The notes: generated by a model not told the origin, from the sequence alone. A stretch of 60,992 nucleotides of DNA, filler included, from 8 parts of 8 records of this genome joined end to end with filler, not necessarily neighbours in it, one strand, 5' to 3'. Shown: positions 9,815-19,601, counted from the whole stretch's first letter. Program-made: numbers and translations.

Positions 9815-10001
9815 GGGCTGACGGGCCCAGCCCGACGAAGCGCCTCATCAGCCAACGAGGATATCGGTGGCCCGCGCACAATCCGGCGATCCTATCAACG
9901 CTATCAGGGAGCGCCGGCAGACCGGAACCCGTTCGACAGCCTTTCATTCCGGGAAAACCGTCACCCGACGTCCGCCATTCCCGGTCGGGCGGTTCGACCA
10001 G

Positions 10002-11718
10002 CTATTCGACCACCGCCGCATCACTGTCCTTGCGCCCTTTTCCAAACAGCCTCAGGATACCGCGCACGACATCGTCGATCAGCGTGTAGATCACCGGAAT
10101 GACCAGCAGGCTGAGCATGGTCGAGGTGATCAGCCCGCCGATGACGACGACGGCCATGGGCTGGCGGAAGCTCGGATCGCCCTCCACGAGGCTGAGCGCG
10201 GCTGGCAGCATGCCGGCCGACATGGCGACGGTGGTCATGATGATCGGCCGTGCCCGCTTGTGGCAGGCATCGACGATGGCTTCGAACCGCGCCATGCCAT
10301 GGCGCCGGGCCTCGATCGCGTATTCCACCAGCAGGATCGAGTTCTTCGAGACGATGCCCATCAGCAACAGCAGGCCGATCACCGCCGGCATCGAGAAACT
10401 CGTCCCGGTGATCACCAGCGGAAACAGCGCGCCGCCGAGCGCCAGCGGCAGGGCCATCAGGATGGTGATCGGCTGGAGGAAGTCGTGGAACAGCAGGACC
10501 AGCACGGCATAGACGCAGAAAATGCCGATCGCCATCGCCGTGGCGAAGCTTTGGAACAGCTCGGTCTGACGCTTCAGGTCGCCCTGTTCGACGAATGTGA
10601 CGCCGGCCGGAAGGTTCCGGTAGCTGTCGAGCTGCTGGGCTTCCCGGTTGACATCGGAGAGATTGCGGCCGTTGAGTTCGATCGTGACGGTCACATTGCG
10701 CGAGCGGTCGAGCCGGTCGATTTCGCTGGGCGCCGCGCCGATGGAAATGTCGGCGATCGTTCCAAGCGTGACATTGCCGTCTGTCCCTGCCACGGGAATG
10801 AGGCCGATCTGGTCCAGCGACTGGCGCGCGCGCTCTGCGAGCAGAACGCGGATATCCAGTTGCCGCTCCGGCAGGTTCAGATGCGACAGCGCCGAATCGT
10901 AGGCCCCCGCAGTCGCCACCCGGATCGCGTCCGAGATCGCCTGCGAGGTCACCCCATAGGAGGCGGCCTTCGCAAGATCCGGCGTGATGACGATTTCCGG
11001 CGACTGAAGGGCAGCGGATGAGGTGACATTGCCGATGCCCTGAATATTGGCGCGGATATCCTCTTCCAGCTGCGCGGCTGCGGACTCCAGCGTATCGGAA
11101 TTGTCGCCGGCAAGCGTCAGTTGCAGCTCGGTTCCGTTTCCGCCGCCGCCGATCTCGATCCGGGCCCCGGGAATGCCGTCGACCGCCTCGCGGATGTCGC
11201 TCTCGATCTCCGTCTGGGTCACGTCGCGGTCATCGATATTGGTCAGGTTGACGACCAGGGTGGCCGAGGTGACGGAATCGGAATCGCCGCTGCCGCCGCC
11301 CATGCCGCCGGTCGAAGCGCTGCCGGTCGCCTGGAAGATGCCGGTGACATGGTCGACCCCGGCGGCAAGGCTCGCAGCCTTCTTCGCGACGGCGTCGGTC
11401 TGTTCGATGGTCGAGCCGGGCGTCGTCGTGATCGATATCTGTGTCTGGCTGTCGTCGGAGGCCGGGAAGAAGCCGGTCGACAGATTGCCCATCAAGAGGA
11501 CGGTCGCCGCGAAGAACAGGATGACGCCGAGGACCGGGATCCACCGCCGCCGCAACTCGCCGCGCACGACCGCAATATAGCGGCGCATCAGCCAGCCGTC
11601 CCCGGACTTTGTCTTCGACGGCGTCTTCATCATATAGGCCGCCATCATCGGCGTCACGAAACGGGCGACGAGCAGCGAGCAGAGGACCGCGACCGAGGCG
11701 GTGATGCCGAACTGCTTG
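10002..11718 (-). CDS. RND efflux permease (AcrB/AcrD/AcrF family), 5' truncated by contig end
   Basis: GIVSKNSILLVE, RARPIIMTT, VVVIGGLITST.LSL.VIPV.Y. Frame stays open to the contig edge. Confidence 0.92.
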
Positions 11719-11818
11719 NNNNNNNNNNNNNNNNNNNNNNNNNNNNNNNNNNNNNNNNNNNNTTAATTAATTAANNNNNNNNNNNNNNNNNNNNNNNNNN
11801 NNNNNNNNNNNNNNNNNN
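11719..11818. other. Artificial contig linker (N44-TTAATTAATTAA-N44)
   Basis: Identical 100-nt linker occurs 7 times (also 30134, 35683, 38525, 40794, 54568, 57759); it has stops in all six frames. Confidence 0.98.
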
Positions 11819-12022
11819 CATCTGCTCCATCAGCCACGGGCCCTGGATGACGTCCGCGAAGCCCGGATAGTTTTCCACCTCGGAGGTGATCGTCATCTGT
11901 CCGCCCGGCTGCAGACCCGCAAGCACAACCGGTTTCAGGTTGGCGCGGGCCGTGTAGATGGCGGCGGTCAGTCCGGCGGCGCCGGATCCGATGATGACAA
12001 TTTTCTCGCGGTGTTCGGTCAT
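11819..12022 (-). CDS. trxB: Thioredoxin-disulfide reductase, 3' truncated
   Basis: [23 protein letters not shown]...[18 protein letters not shown]. Confidence 0.9.
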
Positions 12023-12121
12023 GGGGGCGGGCAGTCCTGCTATCTGGGGGCGTCGCGGCCGGTCTCTGAAGTGTTCTCCGAACATAAGCAACCGGCAGGA
12101 GCGGAACAAGCCGTGCGAGGG

Positions 12122-12535
12122 TCATTCATAAGAAGATCCTGCATGTTTAGGCAGTTCGTCATCGCAGACTGTCCAGGAGAGACGCTCGCGCCAGAACACG
12201 TGGAATTCCGGAGAGACCGAATCCGGCTCCTCCAGCGTGGCCGCGAACAGATGGATTTCATCCGGAAACCGATTTGAGCGGAAGGCCATAGGGGTTCCGC
12301 ATTGCCCGCAGAACAGACGCTCCACACCGGGGGAGGATGTGAAGATCGCGGGAATTTTGCCGGTGAAACGCACCGCGTTACGGGGGACGCCGATATAGGT
12401 AGTATAGGCGGAGCCTGTCTGCCGCCGGCAACTTTCGCAATGGCAATGCCCGGCCCAGTTCACCGGACCCGTAAAACTGAAGCCCGTGGCGCCGCAAAGA
12501 CAGTGCCCCCGCTGTTCGGATACCGTATTTGTCAT
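12122..12535 (-). CDS. GFA/CENP-V family protein
   Basis: GHCLCGA, CHCESCRRQTG, RLFCGQCGTP motifs. Start ATG 12535. Confidence 0.88.
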   Translation of the reverse strand: MTNTVSEQRGHCLCGATGFSFTGPVNWAGHCHCESCRRQTGSAYTTYIGVPRNAVRFTGKIPAIFTSSPGVERLFCGQCGTPMAFRSNRFPDEIHLFAATLEEPDSVSPEFHVFWRERLSWTVCDDELPKHAGSSYE

Positions 12536-12654
12536 GAGTTTTCCCCCGTTCCTGCCGTTTCCAAAACACCGAAAAGCGGATTCTTGACAGCTATTCGACG
12601 CGTCGTCATGTCTCGGGTCGAACCGGAAATTGCTCCCGCACTGGAATAGTATCC

Positions 12655-13455
12655 ATGCTCGCCTGGCCCGCTTGGCTGACAATCCTTCTTTTCGTGACCA
12701 ATCTGCTGTCGCTTGCCGCTCTGTTTTTTGTCACCCGGCGGATGCTGAAGCTCCGGCGACAGAAAAAACGGGCCTTTGCTTTTTCAGATTACCCGGTGCG
12801 TAAGGCGAAGCTGGAGGAAATCGCTCCCTGCTTCGCGATGAACGGCTATGGGCCGAGCCCGGATTCGGAAGTCAGGTTTATCGGCGGAGAAGGCGTGGTC
12901 TCGTCTCTCTCCGATCGGGAATCCTGGGTCATGGCGGCTTTGGCAAAGGGCGTGAAACGGGTCTTTGAGTTTGGCACCTGTTCCGGCAAGACCACACACG
13001 TCCTGGCGTTGAACGCAGCGCCGGATTCGGAAATCTTCACCCTGACACTGCATCCGGACGATCTGGCGGCGACGGAGTTCGGGTTTGGCGATGACAGGGA
13101 GCACAGGGCTATCGCGCTGTCAGAATCCTCATTCGAGACATTCTATTATAACGGCCGCTCCTCGGAACGGCATATCAGGCAGATTTTTTCCGACAGCAAA
13201 TCATACAATGAGGCCCCCTTGCGCGGCTCCGTGGATCTGGTCTTCGTGGATGGCGCGCATACCCGCTCTTACGTTGAGAACGATACCCGCAAGGCGTTGA
13301 ATATGCTGGCGGATGAAGGGGTCATCCTGTGGCATGACTACAAGCCTGGCGTGCCGGGCGTGTTCGCGTTCCTGAATGAACTTTCGAGAGTGCTGCCGCT
13401 GGTGCATATCGCGGATACGGATCTGGTAATGTACCGGCGCGAGAAAGCGGCCTGA
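12655..13455 (+). CDS. Class I SAM-dependent methyltransferase with N-terminal TM anchor
   Basis: VFEFGTCSGKTT, DLVFVDGAH, GVILWHDY. Confidence 0.85.
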   Translation: MLAWPAWLTILLFVTNLLSLAALFFVTRRMLKLRRQKKRAFAFSDYPVRKAKLEEIAPCFAMNGYGPSPDSEVRFIGGEGVVSSLSDRESWVMAALAKGVKRVFEFGTCSGKTTHVLALNAAPDSEIFTLTLHPDDLAATEFGFGDDREHRAIALSESSFETFYYNGRSSERHIRQIFSDSKSYNEAPLRGSVDLVFVDGAHTRSYVENDTRKALNMLADEGVILWHDYKPGVPGVFAFLNELSRVLPLVHIADTDLVMYRREKAA

Positions 13456-13481
13456 TAGGAGACCGAGACTAGCTGGCGGAG

Positions 13482-14033
13482 TTACAGCAGGTCTGCACAG
13501 GGGATTCGAATTATGTGCTCTGGTATGTTCGATTTGGCCTCGGGTGCCATGTATCGCATGCTGTAAAGGCTGATACCGAGCATGACGTTGATCGTACCAT
13601 CCACGGAGGCCATCGGCAGCAGCAGACGTTCAGCCTGCCAGATTTCCAGCGAGGCCATCTGCTCATTCAGGGCGCCATACTGGATCGCGGGCTGCTTGAC
13701 GATGGCATCCCAACGGTCCCGGACAACCGGATAGTCAATCTCTCCGACAATCTCGCGGATCGTGCGTCCCCGGATACTTCCGCCCCAGGCATCGTTCACA
13801 TTCTCGCCCGCAAGCTGACAGACAAAGTCCTGCCGTTCGGGGTCAAGCGCATAAATCCAGACGAAAGGCAGCTGGCCGGGAATGGTTATGGGGGAGAATG
13901 ACTGGCGGCGAGGCACCAGGGCATCGCCGCGGGCATCCAGCCAGGCAGCCAGAAAACCATGGAGCCTGGGGTCTGCATTCGGAACCTGCCTGCGGAATTC
14001 CGCTAGCGCCTTGTCTTTGGAAACTGTGTTCAT
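13482..14033 (-). CDS. PAS-like domain protein (PAS_5/DUF1457 type)
   Basis: W...RG..LVPRR.SF.P, LAGE.V, ERLLLPM.S.DG pattern common in Rhodospirillales. Confidence 0.75.
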   Translation of the reverse strand: MNTVSKDKALAEFRRQVPNADPRLHGFLAAWLDARGDALVPRRQSFSPITIPGQLPFVWIYALDPERQDFVCQLAGENVNDAWGGSIRGRTIREIVGEIDYPVVRDRWDAIVKQPAIQYGALNEQMASLEIWQAERLLLPMASVDGTINVMLGISLYSMRYMAPEAKSNIPEHIIRIPCADLL

Positions 14034-14157
14034 GCTGGAAGATGTATGTCCAGGTTAGGCGCATACATTATGCCGGGAATCGTTAATTTAACGTTTCCCG
14101 GTTTTCCGTGCGTGATGCGGCAGAATTCAGCGAGCGTGGTTGATGAGGCAATTCACA

Positions 14158-15174
14158 TCAGGTGAACAGCCGCTCGCCCTCCATGCCCTTGTAGAGACCC
14201 GCTACCTGTTCGGCATAACCGTTATAGAGCAGGGTCGGTATCCGGTCATTTCCGCCGCCGAGCGGGCGTTCGGAGGACTGGCTCCAGCGGGCATGCGGGA
14301 CCTCGGGGTTCACGTTCGCCCAGAAGCCGTATTCACTCGCCTGCAATTCTTCCCAGAAAGAGACCGGGCGTTCGGACGTGAAGGTAAAGCGGACGATGGA
14401 TTTGGTCGATTTGAAGCCGTATTTCCACGGCACGGCAAGCCGCAGCGGCGCGCCGTTCTGCCGGGGCATGGGTTTGCCGTAGATACCGGTGGCGATGAAG
14501 GCGAGGTCGTTCATCGCCTCCTCGATGGTCAGGCCCTCGATATAGGGCCAGGGATACCAGTGCTGCTTCTGACCCTTGGCGGTCTCCGGGTCCATGAAGG
14601 TTTCCATGCGGATATATTTCGCCGAGGACAGCGGCTCCGCTAGTTTGACCAGGGCGGACAGCGGGAAGCCGCTCCAGGGCACGACCATGGACCAGGCCTC
14701 GACGCAGCGGTGCCGGTAGACCCGCTCCTCAAGCGGCATCTGGTCCAGCAGATCGTCGATATCGATGGTCTTCGGCTGGGCCACATCGCCGTCGAGGGTC
14801 ACGGTCCAGGGCCGGATCTTCAGGGCCTGGGCGGCGCGGCTGATATCCTTGTGGCTGCCGAATTCGTAGAAATTGTTGTAGCTGGTGGCAAAGTCCGCAT
14901 CGGTGATCGGCCGGTTCGGCCCGCCGTCGGCATAAGCCGGGTTCCGCTTCACCGGGTAGAGATGGGAGGAGGGATCGGGCTCCACGGCGGCGAGCTGTTT
15001 CGCTGCATCCGCCTCGGCGCTTGCCTCATCGCTGCACCCGGCCAGGGCGGCGGCGGACAGGATCATCGGTCCGGCCGCGAGGCCTTTCAGCAGTGCGCGC
15101 CTGTTCTGAAAAACGGATTCAGGCGTGACCGCCCGTTCCGGTAATTCCCAGCCCTTCAGTCGCTTCAGCAGCAT
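14158..15174 (-). CDS. msrP: Protein-methionine-sulfoxide reductase catalytic subunit
   Basis: Tat motif RRALLK, YNNFYEFG, RHRCVEAWSMV, QNGAPLRL.VPWKYGFKS. Start ATG 15174. Confidence 0.93.
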   Translation of the reverse strand: MLLKRLKGWELPERAVTPESVFQNRRALLKGLAAGPMILSAAALAGCSDEASAEADAAKQLAAVEPDPSSHLYPVKRNPAYADGGPNRPITDADFATSYNNFYEFGSHKDISRAAQALKIRPWTVTLDGDVAQPKTIDIDDLLDQMPLEERVYRHRCVEAWSMVVPWSGFPLSALVKLAEPLSSAKYIRMETFMDPETAKGQKQHWYPWPYIEGLTIEEAMNDLAFIATGIYGKPMPRQNGAPLRLAVPWKYGFKSTKSIVRFTFTSERPVSFWEELQASEYGFWANVNPEVPHARWSQSSERPLGGGNDRIPTLLYNGYAEQVAGLYKGMEGERLFT

Positions 15175-15305
15175 GATGTTCCTCCGGCAATACCAAACTC
15201 GGGACCAAACCCAGGAACAGACATAGGGCAGGGAGCCGGGCACGGCCACTCACGTGCCGGTGAGAGGACCGTGTCCGGGCCATGTCCTGGGAAGTCTCGG
15301 GCGGC

Positions 15306-15803
15306 CTAGGCGGTCAGCGTTTCTTCCAGCGCGAGAACGGCAAGGCAGGCCCCGGCGGCTTCCCGGCCCTTGCCGACCATGTGCTCACGGAAGAAGGCCG
15401 TATGGTCCTCCGTCTCGTGGAAATGGTGTGGCGTCAGCACGACGGAGAAGACCGGCACGCCGGTATCGAGCTGCACCCGCATCAGCCCGTCCACAACGGC
15501 GCCGGCGACGAAATCGTGCCGGTAGATGCCGCCATCGACGACGAAGCCGCAGGCAATGACCGCCGCATAGCGCTCGCTGGCGATCAGCTTCATGGCCGTC
15601 AGCGGGATTTCGAAGGCGCCGGGGACGCGGAAGCAATCGATCTTCGATGTATCGAAGCCGCGCTGCTTCATCTCGTCGGTGAAGCCGTCCCGCGCGCGGT
15701 CGGTCATGTCGCTGTGCCAGCTCGCCTGGATGAAGGCGATCCGGTCGCCGGACGGGGTGCCGGTATCTTTTGGTGAGGTATTCATTTTCGGTTCCAACTC
15801 CAT
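15306..15803 (-). CDS. ribH2: 6,7-dimethyl-8-ribityllumazine synthase, type II
   Basis: IAFIQASWH, VPGAFEIP, GGIYRHDFV, VLTPHHFHE (type II signature). Start is 15803 or 15785. Confidence 0.9.
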   Translation of the reverse strand: MELEPKMNTSPKDTGTPSGDRIAFIQASWHSDMTDRARDGFTDEMKQRGFDTSKIDCFRVPGAFEIPLTAMKLIASERYAAVIACGFVVDGGIYRHDFVAGAVVDGLMRVQLDTGVPVFSVVLTPHHFHETEDHTAFFREHMVGKGREAAGACLAVLALEETLTA

Positions 15804-15874
15804 GCATCAATGACTGGAATCGAGGCCGAGTACAAACAGGGGGACGGACCCGCGAGGGCAGTCTCCGCTCCCAT

Positions 15875-16035
15875 GCCGTTCTCTTTCATCCGGACTGTGA
15901 CCGTCGGCTTCGGAGTTGCACCGAATCTGCTGACCCCGGCCAAGCCGGGCGCTCGCGGGCTTCATGAGCTTTCCCGTCGCAGGTTGGCCCATGTTACCGC
16001 CGGTGGGGAGTTTCGCCCCGCCCCGAGAACAATGC
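15875..16035 (-). ncRNA. FMN riboswitch (RFN element)
   Basis: Minus strand GTTCTCGGGGCGGGGCGAAACTCCCCACCGGCGGT...AGCCCGCGAGCG...CAGCAGATTCGGTGCAACTCCGAAGCCGACGGTCACAGTCCGGATGAAAGAGAA directly upstream of ribH2. Confidence 0.95.
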
Positions 16036-16151
16036 CGCCCCTTGCGAGGCGGCGGGCGGAGCCTAGCGCCGGCACCCACTTCGGGCAATCCCGAAACAGC
16101 CCTGCCGTTTTGCCTCTGGTATTGCGCCCGCCGCGTCCTATCTTCACGGCC

Positions 16152-17504
16152 ATGAAAGATCAGGAACGCAATTCCCTGGGCGGCCGCGTGAAGCGCTACG
16201 CACGGGTGACGGGTGCTGTCGGCGGCCTCGCGGCGCGGGTTGCGGGCGAGCGCTATCTCGGCATGAAGCTGGACAAGGGCACGCACGCGGCGGAGCTGCG
16301 TGAAGCTCTGGGCGGCCTGAAGGGACCGCTGATGAAGGTGGCGCAAATTCTGGCCACCATCCCGGACGCGCTGCCGAAGGAATATACCAACGAGCTGGTG
16401 CAGCTTCAGGCCGACGCGCCCAGCATGGGCTGGCTGTTCGTCAAGCGCCGGATGAGCCGGGAGCTGGGCGCCGGCTGGCAGCAGAAATTCGGCAGTTTCG
16501 AGCATGACGCAGCGGCGGCGGCGTCCCTCGGACAGGTGCACAAGGCGACGGATGCGGACGGCAACCCGCTGGCGGTGAAGCTGCAATATCCAGACATGCA
16601 GTCCGCCGTGGAGGCCGACCTGCGCCAGCTCCGGCTGATCTTCTCGATCTATGCCCGCTACGATAAAGCGATCCACACGGACGAGATCTACAAGGAACTC
16701 TCCGCCCGCCTGCGCGAGGAGCTGGACTACCAGCGCGAGGCTCGGCACATGGCGCTCTACGGCCTGATGCTGAAGGGCGAGCCCGGCGTGCATGTGCCCG
16801 AAAGCGTCGATGCCCTGACCACGCCGCGCGTGCTGACCATGAACTGGCTGGACGGGTCCAAACTGCTCGATTTCATTGCCGCGCATGACGATCAGGAGGC
16901 CCGCAACCAGGTCGCCCTCAACATGTTCCGGGCCTGGTATGTGCCGTTCTACGAGTACGGTGTGATCCACGGGGACCCGCATCTCGGCAACTATTCGGTC
17001 CGCGAGGACGGCTCCGTCAATCTGCTCGATTTCGGCTGCATCCGCGTCTTCCCGCCGAGCTTCGTCAAGGGCGTCATCGATCTCTACAACGCGCTGTCGA
17101 CTGACGACGAGGCGCTCGCGGTGCATGCCTATGAAAGCTGGGGGTTCCAGGGGCTGGACAAGGAAACCGTCGAAGTCCTGAACATGTGGGCCCGCTTCAT
17201 CTATGCCCCGCTGATGGAAGACAAGACCCGCCGCATCCAGGAAACCAACACCGGTATGTATGGCCGCGAGGTGGCGGAAAAGGTCCATGTCGAACTCCGC
17301 CGCCTGCGCGGCGTCAAACCACCCCGCGAATTCGTCCTGATGGACCGCGCGGCCATCGGGCTCGGCTCGGTGTTCCTGCATCTGAAGGCGGAAGTGAACT
17401 GGTACCGGCTGTTCCAGGATCTGATTGCGGATTTCGATGTGGATGTGCTGGCGAAGCGGCAGGCGGGGGCGATGGAGGAGGCGCGGGTGCCGGAGGCTGA
17501 GTGA
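16152..17504 (+). CDS. ABC1/AarF/UbiB-family kinase
   Basis: LKGPLMKVAQ, AAASLGQVH, AVKLQYP, EELDY..E, HGDPH.GN, LLDFG. Start ATG 16152; the longer track ORF runs through the riboswitch. Confidence 0.92.
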   Translation: MKDQERNSLGGRVKRYARVTGAVGGLAARVAGERYLGMKLDKGTHAAELREALGGLKGPLMKVAQILATIPDALPKEYTNELVQLQADAPSMGWLFVKRRMSRELGAGWQQKFGSFEHDAAAAASLGQVHKATDADGNPLAVKLQYPDMQSAVEADLRQLRLIFSIYARYDKAIHTDEIYKELSARLREELDYQREARHMALYGLMLKGEPGVHVPESVDALTTPRVLTMNWLDGSKLLDFIAAHDDQEARNQVALNMFRAWYVPFYEYGVIHGDPHLGNYSVREDGSVNLLDFGCIRVFPPSFVKGVIDLYNALSTDDEALAVHAYESWGFQGLDKETVEVLNMWARFIYAPLMEDKTRRIQETNTGMYGREVAEKVHVELRRLRGVKPPREFVLMDRAAIGLGSVFLHLKAEVNWYRLFQDLIADFDVDVLAKRQAGAMEEARVPEAE

Positions 17505-17650
17505 CATGGGGCGGGCCCGATATTAGGTGTTGCTTGTGGGCGCTAGATTTTAATGAAATTTAAAATTGGAAGATTGAAAGTGACTTAAAATTATTGCTCT
17601 GTTGGAAATGAGTATGTCGTTTCCCTGTTATTATCTTTGGAATTTTTGGA

Positions 17651-18379
17651 ATGCGTATCCGGCCTACCCGTAGCCTTGGGTTGTTTTTTATTTTGCTGGT
17701 CTTGTCGGCTTGTTCTTCTCGCCCGGAGTCGGGTTTCAAGAACCCAATAGGCGCCGATAAAGCTTACGTAGTCATCGGAACTGGGTATCGCGATGGTGGG
17801 GCCTTGGACATCTCGGGCATAGAGAATATTAAAATTCTTAATGGTCCGCTTAAGTTACAGTCAAATTTTTATCCTCAGTCGTCTATCGAGTTCCGACGGT
17901 TCGATCCGGAAACAGGTGAAAGTATCCGGAGGCCTGTATTAACTGCAAATGATCCAAATGGTATCTTTGCAGCCGTTGGTCTGGAACAATCAAAAATGAT
18001 TTCAGAGACTAACCATTCAAATTATAACAAGACTGTATATTGGTTGGTTGAGGTGAATGCAGGTAGGTTTCATTTAAACTATCAGATTTTTCATAAGGGA
18101 AATAAAAGAACTTATATTCATGCGTTAAAAAATAAAGTTCTCATAGAGGGGTTGCCTGTTTTTGACGTGGCTCCAGGAGATGTTGCCTATATTGGTGATT
18201 GGCTGGTGGCTCAGGGGATTTATCTGGCGATGAAGTATCCAGATCGATTTGGTGATCTTGAACTGAACAAGCTTTACCTTGCTCATACAGTGAATTTCGA
18301 AAGGATGAGCACGGCAATGGCAGGGCAAGGTGACCTGTCTAAAATTAGAACTGTGCCAATTCACCGATTTACGCATTGA
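17651..18379 (+). CDS. Hypothetical lipoprotein (AT-rich)
   Basis: Signal peptide with lipobox LSAC; base composition visibly AT-richer than flanks. Confidence 0.72.
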   Translation: MRIRPTRSLGLFFILLVLSACSSRPESGFKNPIGADKAYVVIGTGYRDGGALDISGIENIKILNGPLKLQSNFYPQSSIEFRRFDPETGESIRRPVLTANDPNGIFAAVGLEQSKMISETNHSNYNKTVYWLVEVNAGRFHLNYQIFHKGNKRTYIHALKNKVLIEGLPVFDVAPGDVAYIGDWLVAQGIYLAMKYPDRFGDLELNKLYLAHTVNFERMSTAMAGQGDLSKIRTVPIHRFTH

Positions 18380-18387
18380 TTCGGATC

Positions 18388-18462
18388 AGGCTGACGCCGG
18401 TTGCCCCGCTGCGTAACATGATGGGGCAGACCCGGCACGACCACACGTGCCAATCGTGTCAT
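18388..18462 (-). pseudogene. RAYT-type (Y1/HUH) tyrosine transposase, N-terminal 25-codon remnant
   Basis: MTRLARVVVPGLPHHVTQRGNRRQP, the canonical RAYT/Y1_Tnp start. Confidence 0.85.
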
Positions 18463-18489
18463 GCAAACGGTATGGGAGGGACAGTGATG

Positions 18490-18516
18490 GAATTGAGGCG
18501 TGTGTCCCTTTAATTC
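18490..18516 (-). repeat. 27-bp GGGGACA-type hairpin motif, copy A
   Basis: Minus strand GAATTAAAGGGACACACGCCTCAATTC, 27 bp upstream of the RAYT ATG. Confidence 0.85.
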
Positions 18517-18519
18517 CCC

Positions 18520-18549
18520 TATGCAAGTGAAGGGATGCGGGAACGATGA
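18520..18549 (+). pseudogene. hlyD 3' tail fragment (YASEGMRER*), copy 1
   Basis: 28/30 identical to 19783-19812; both differences are synonymous. Confidence 0.8.
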
Positions 18550-19394
18550 ATATAAAAGAAGAAAAAGTAAAAATATCCACATTGCCACCTTTTCTCACTA
18601 TATTTCCTGCGCGAAAATTAGTTCAAGGTAGCGAAGAACCAATAAAGTCGTGGAAATTACGATCTATTTTTTTATGCTATTTTTTAACAACTGTTGCATT
18701 TATTGACTATCCAGCAATATCAAATAATCACCTAATTATGATGATTCTGTGCGCAATTTTATTCACTACAAGCTATAAAATCAGCTCAAAAATTGTTGAC
18801 ATTAATAGCAATAAAGGAAATTTATTTTTTTCATCTGGTAACTATGGCGATCTTTTGAATGATTTTTTGTTCATATTTATTGCGCTTACACCAGTTATTT
18901 ATGTAGAGGTTTTGGTTTTAATTATTAACCCAAAATTGGCTGAGGGTTTTTTATTGTTTTCAAATATTAAAAATAGCTTACTTATTCATGATGATTTTGA
19001 TAGTAAATATTGGAGTTTATTGGGGGTAGTGAATTATATTATTTTGCAACATATTATTATTACTGTAATTGGGGTATGTTTTGTAATTTTTTCACTGCTT
19101 CGTAATTGCAAAAATATTAAATATAACAAATATGATGTATTTTCAAATATAGTAACGATGCTAACATGTTTAGCAATTACTATTATATCCGTCAAAGCAA
19201 TGTATGAATTATCTTTATGAGAAAGAATAAACACGAATTCGTTAACACGAAGCAGTGCGAGATCCTATATTATGCTGATAGGGCAATTAACATGTTTTCT
19301 TAGTTTCGCGTCTATTTCTGTTGTTTTGTTGTTTCAAAGTATTTCTATCGTGGTGGCTTCAATTTTTTCTGCTCGGGATGAAGTGAATGACTGA
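18546..19394 (+). pseudogene. AT-rich multi-TM hypothetical membrane protein with in-frame TGA at 19218-19220
   Basis: 224-codon hydrophobic ORF. The frame stays open 57 more codons, including a further TM segment, to TGA 19394, overlapping the next ATG at 19387. Confidence 0.6.
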
Positions 19395-19501
19395 TCAAAA
19401 TCAAAACAATAGTAGTTACGATATTGGAGTTGATGTTCACTTGTGGACTGTAAAAATAAATGAACTTCTTGTCGGCCTTGGTTTAGATATTTTTGAAGGG
19501 G
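19387..19501 (+). pseudogene. 5' fragment (38 codons) of the next gene, cut by motif B
   Basis: MTDQNQNNSSYDIGVDVHLW...; translationally coupled start, runs directly into the repeat. Confidence 0.55.
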
Positions 19502-19528
19502 AAATTAAGGGGACACACCATCTAATTG
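19502..19528 (+). repeat. 27-bp motif, copy B
   Basis: AAATTAAGGGGACACACCATCTAATTG. Confidence 0.85.
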
Positions 19529-19574
19529 CGCCGATTGATAGGCCGAGAGAATATGAACCGGTCTTAGACGCCAT

Positions 19575-19601
19575 AAATTAAGTAGTATGTCCCCTTAATT
19601 C
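19575..19601 (-). repeat. 27-bp motif, copy C
   Basis: Minus strand GAATTAAGGGGACATACTACTTAATTT. Confidence 0.85.

Noticed and set aside
15810-16151. N-terminal extension of the ABC1 kinase
   Set aside because: It is the antisense of the FMN riboswitch; family similarity begins at ATG 16152.
19218-19220. TGA recoding (genetic code 4/25 or selenocysteine) in the cassette-1 gene
   Set aside because: Single instance. The gene uses TGG for Trp, and both the hlyD tail and the extended frame end in TGA; a nonsense mutation or sequencing error is simpler.
19387-19581. 64-aa ORF as an intact small protein
   Set aside because: Its last 26 codons are read-through across motif B, the spacer and motif C.
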